Shown piece by piece: positions 59,733 through 64,000 of a DNA stretch of 64,000 nt. A program made the position numbers and the translations under genes. Location: NCBI GenBank assembly GCA_964291495.2, contig OZ219872.1, positions 96,001 to 160,000 of the forward strand, given 5' to 3'. This DNA comes from Dehalococcoidia bacterium (GTDB lineage: Bacteria; Chloroflexota; Dehalococcoidia; UBA2979). The number at the start of each line of letters is the position of its first letter. Position 1 is the stretch's first letter. The notes under the pieces were generated by a model, which saw only the letters and a program-made list of their open reading frames with translations, had not been told where the DNA came from and did not search any database.

Positions 59733-60449
59733 TTAGCCGCCCTCGTCGGCCCAGGCCTCGCCGTCGCCGCGGAAGAGCGAGACGCCGAGCAGCACGAACC
59801 AGAGGTCGATCAGCACGACCACCGCGATCTGGATGGCGCTGACATCCACGTCGTGCACGTGTCCGCGGATGATGGCGATCGCCGCCGCCACCAGCCCGAC
59901 GGCCGCCGCGACGTACGCCGTCGTCCTCGCGCCGCCCGCGGGAAGCCTCGGCGCAAGTCCGAGGGCGAGCAAGAGTGCGCCCAGCCCGAAGGTCGTGCTC
60001 GAGATCAGGCGAATGCCGACTTTCGCGCCCTCGATCGGCGCGGCGACGAAGTTGGCCTGCTGCTGCGGAACGCCCGCGTCGCTGGCGTGCACCACGGTGT
60101 GCGTCGCGATGTGCGCGAGGCCGTACGCGACTGTAGCGGCCACGCCCGTGACCAGCAGAAAGACCAGGCCCCAGCGCGCGACGGCGTCCGTGCCACGGTT
60201 CCCGAGCAGCGGCCAGATCTGGAGCAGCCCGCAGACCATGAGAATGAATACGATGAAGCCGATCGTCGACGTGTAGTGCGTCAGCTCGGCGTTCTGCGAC
60301 ATTGCCCGCAGTCCGTCGGCAAACCTGTTGGAGCCACCCCCGCTGTCGATCAGCACGCCCGGCCGGAGCAGGTAGGTGACGAGCATCCCCAGCGCGCCGA
60401 CTATGAGCGCCGCGCCGCTCGCCTTCGTTGCGGTCCAACCCGATTGCAT
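59733..60449 (-). CDS. Multi-pass membrane protein (DUF4386-like)
   Basis: GGAGGGG RBS; about six TM helices. Confidence 0.65.
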   Translation of the reverse strand: MQSGWTATKASGAALIVGALGMLVTYLLRPGVLIDSGGGSNRFADGLRAMSQNAELTHYTSTIGFIVFILMVCGLLQIWPLLGNRGTDAVARWGLVFLLVTGVAATVAYGLAHIATHTVVHASDAGVPQQQANFVAAPIEGAKVGIRLISSTTFGLGALLLALGLAPRLPAGGARTTAYVAAAVGLVAAAIAIIRGHVHDVDVSAIQIAVVVLIDLWFVLLGVSLFRGDGEAWADEGG

Positions 60450-60639
60450 CCTGGCCCCCTCCCGTCTCGACTCCGTTGCCGCCCGAACCTACCAGCGCAC
60501 CGTGCGGAGTAGCATCCGCGTGAGCTGAACATTCGTGGGGCCGCAATCAAGTCGAGGAACCGAAGGACCGCCGCCCCTTCCCTCAGCACCGCCGGTTGCT
60601 ACCATGGATCGTGGTCCGGCGTCCTGGGACGCCGCCAGA

Positions 60640-60860
60640 CCGAGCGTCGATGGGGACGCACGCCCGCGCGAGGCGCGGCGCACAGGGAGCGGGGCCACGG
60701 CTGGAAGCCCCGCCGCCGCACGCGAGGGCGCACCACCCCGGAGTCCGCGGGCGAACCCGCGGCGGCTGGCCCCGTTAGCGGCCTCAATGAGCCCCGACCG
60801 CCGTGGCGGTCGGGGGAAACAGGGTGGAACCACGTGAGGCGCGCTTCCCGTCCCTGAGCG
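60640..60860 (+). promoter_or_regulatory. T-box riboswitch (Thr) upstream of thrS
   Basis: GA motif GCGTCGATGGGG, AGGGAG and GCTGGAA loops, ACC specifier at ~60732, CCGTTA, antiterminator AAACAGGGTGGAACCACG..CGTCCCT. Confidence 0.88.
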
Positions 60861-60945
60861 GACGGCGGCGCGCCGTCTTGCGTCCATCGCACCTCGCACG
60901 CGCCGCCACTTCGCAACGACCCGCTGCCAGCGTCAGGAGCGAGCG

Positions 60946-62784
<1,839 letters not shown>

Positions 62785-62863
62785 CGTGCCGCGCGGTTGC
62801 TGGCGGCAGCCTGCCGTGACAATCTGACGCGCGGCCTCGATGAGCCGAGCGACGGGATAAGCG

Positions 62864-64000
62864 ATGCCGAAGCGCGTGCTGCTGGCGAACCGCGGGGAGA
62901 TCGCGCTGCGCGTCCAGCGCAGCTGCCGCGAGCTGGGCATCGAGACCGTCGCCGTCTACTCCGAGGCGGACCGCGACGCGCTGCACGTCCGCAACGCCGA
63001 CGCCGCCGTGCTGATCGGGCCCGGCCCGGCCACCCAGTCCTACCTTGTCATCGACAACATCATCGAGGCGGCCCGGCAGACGGGCGCGGACGCGGTGCAC
63101 CCCGGCTACGGCTTCCTCTCCGAGAACCCCGCCTTCGCCGAGGCCTGCGACGCGGCCGGCATCACCTTCATCGGGCCGCCCGCCTCGGCGATGCAGGCGA
63201 TGGGCGACAAGGTGCAGGCGCGGCGGCTGATGGAGGCCGCAGACGTCCCGGTCGTCCCAGGCGCCGAGGACATCGACCCGCAGAACGTCGAGCACGCGCG
63301 CGCCGAGGCCGAGCGGATTGGCTTCCCGCTGCTCGTCAAGGCCGCCTCCGGCGGCGGCGGGCGCGGCATCCGCATCGTCGAGAGCAGCGACGAGCTTGAG
63401 GACGCGATGCGCGTCTCCGGCACCGAGGCGGCCGCCGCCTTCGGCGACGCGACGATCTTCCTCGAGAAGTACGTCTCGCCGGCCCGCCACGTCGAGGTGC
63501 AGGTGATGGCCGACGCGCACGGCAACGTGCGCGCCTTCGGCGAGCGCGAGTGCTCGATCCAGCGCCGCCGCCAGAAGCTGATCGAGGAGGCGCCCTCGGT
63601 CGCGGTCGACCCCGACCTGCGCGCGCGGCTCTGCGACGTCGCGGTGACGGCCGCGCGCAGCTGCGGCTACCGCAACGCCGGCACCGTCGAGTTCCTGCTC
63701 GGCGAGGACGGCGAGTTCTACTTCCTCGAGATGAACGCGCGGCTCCAGGTCGAGCACCCCGTGACCGAGTTCGTCTACGGCGTCGACCTCGTGGCGCTGC
63801 AGCTCGCGGTCGCCGACGGCGAGCCGCTGCCGGACGACGCCGGACTGGCGCAGCCGCACGGCTGGGCGATCGAGGCGCGGATCAACGCCGAGAACGCCTA
63901 CGCCAACTTCGCGCCCTCGTTCGGACTCGTGCGGCGTGTCGAGCCGCCGCTCGGTCCAGGCGTGCGCTTCGACTCGATGCTCTACGACGGGCTGGACGTA
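62864..64000 (+). CDS. accC: Biotin carboxylase (acetyl/propionyl-CoA carboxylase alpha), partial
   Basis: MPKRVLLANRGEIALR, HPGYGFLSEN, GGGGRG, RECSIQRR, EMNARLQVEHPVTE; open at the window end. Confidence 0.9.
   Translation, partial: MPKRVLLANRGEIALRVQRSCRELGIETVAVYSEADRDALHVRNADAAVLIGPGPATQSYLVIDNIIEAARQTGADAVHPGYGFLSENPAFAEACDAAGITFIGPPASAMQAMGDKVQARRLMEAADVPVVPGAEDIDPQNVEHARAEAERIGFPLLVKAASGGGGRGIRIVESSDELEDAMRVSGTEAAAAFGDATIFLEKYVSPARHVEVQVMADAHGNVRAFGERECSIQRRRQKLIEEAPSVAVDPDLRARLCDVAVTAARSCGYRNAGTVEFLLGEDGEFYFLEMNARLQVEHPVTEFVYGVDLVALQLAVADGEPLPDDAGLAQPHGWAIEARINAENAYANFAPSFGLVRRVEPPLGPGVRFDSMLYDGLDV

Larger units (their letters stand above)
38954..60560. mobile_element. Accessory genomic island / variable region between tRNA-Val and thrS (no integrase seen)
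   Basis: Begins at the tRNA CCA with a truncated gene; contains adhesins, pseudogenes, HEPN/nuclease genes and more AT-rich stretches. Right boundary approximate. Confidence 0.6.

Overview
High-GC bacterial chromosomal segment, most consistent with Chloroflexota/Dehalococcoidia. The lineage call is an inference from the YYY/TIGR03663 membrane pair, the large Alu-type SRP RNA, the T-box and the adhesin repertoire. 1-38.9 kb is mostly housekeeping: mutS 5' part, a secreted trypsin-like protease, a stand-alone NuoEF-like pair, a TPP-riboswitch thiamine-precursor ABC operon, a glycosylation-type membrane cluster, ftsY-smc-rnc, cca followed by two PHD-finger-like proteins, exonuclease-DinG, ispE-rsmA, SRP RNA, fabV, lepA, oppDF and three tRNAs. 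About 21.6 kb of accessory DNA with no integrase lies between tRNA-Val(GAC) and the T-box/thrS locus. It carries a divergently transcribed one-polypeptide GAF-PAS-kinase-receiver-winged-helix regulator and a minus-strand array of secreted Ig-like/adhesin genes. The array is built from reshuffled homologous blocks: a duplicated ~105-bp promoter with GTTAC/ATTAC direct repeats, shared leaders, shared C-terminal tails plus hairpins, pseudogene fragments and a G15 tract at one ribosome-binding site. It ends in a 2.2-kaa arylsulfotransferase-containing surface protein. HEPN and DUF6602-like nuclease genes follow the regulator. This regulator plus modular surface-protein array is the best candidate for an undescribed system. 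All family calls are from motif recognition, not database searches.
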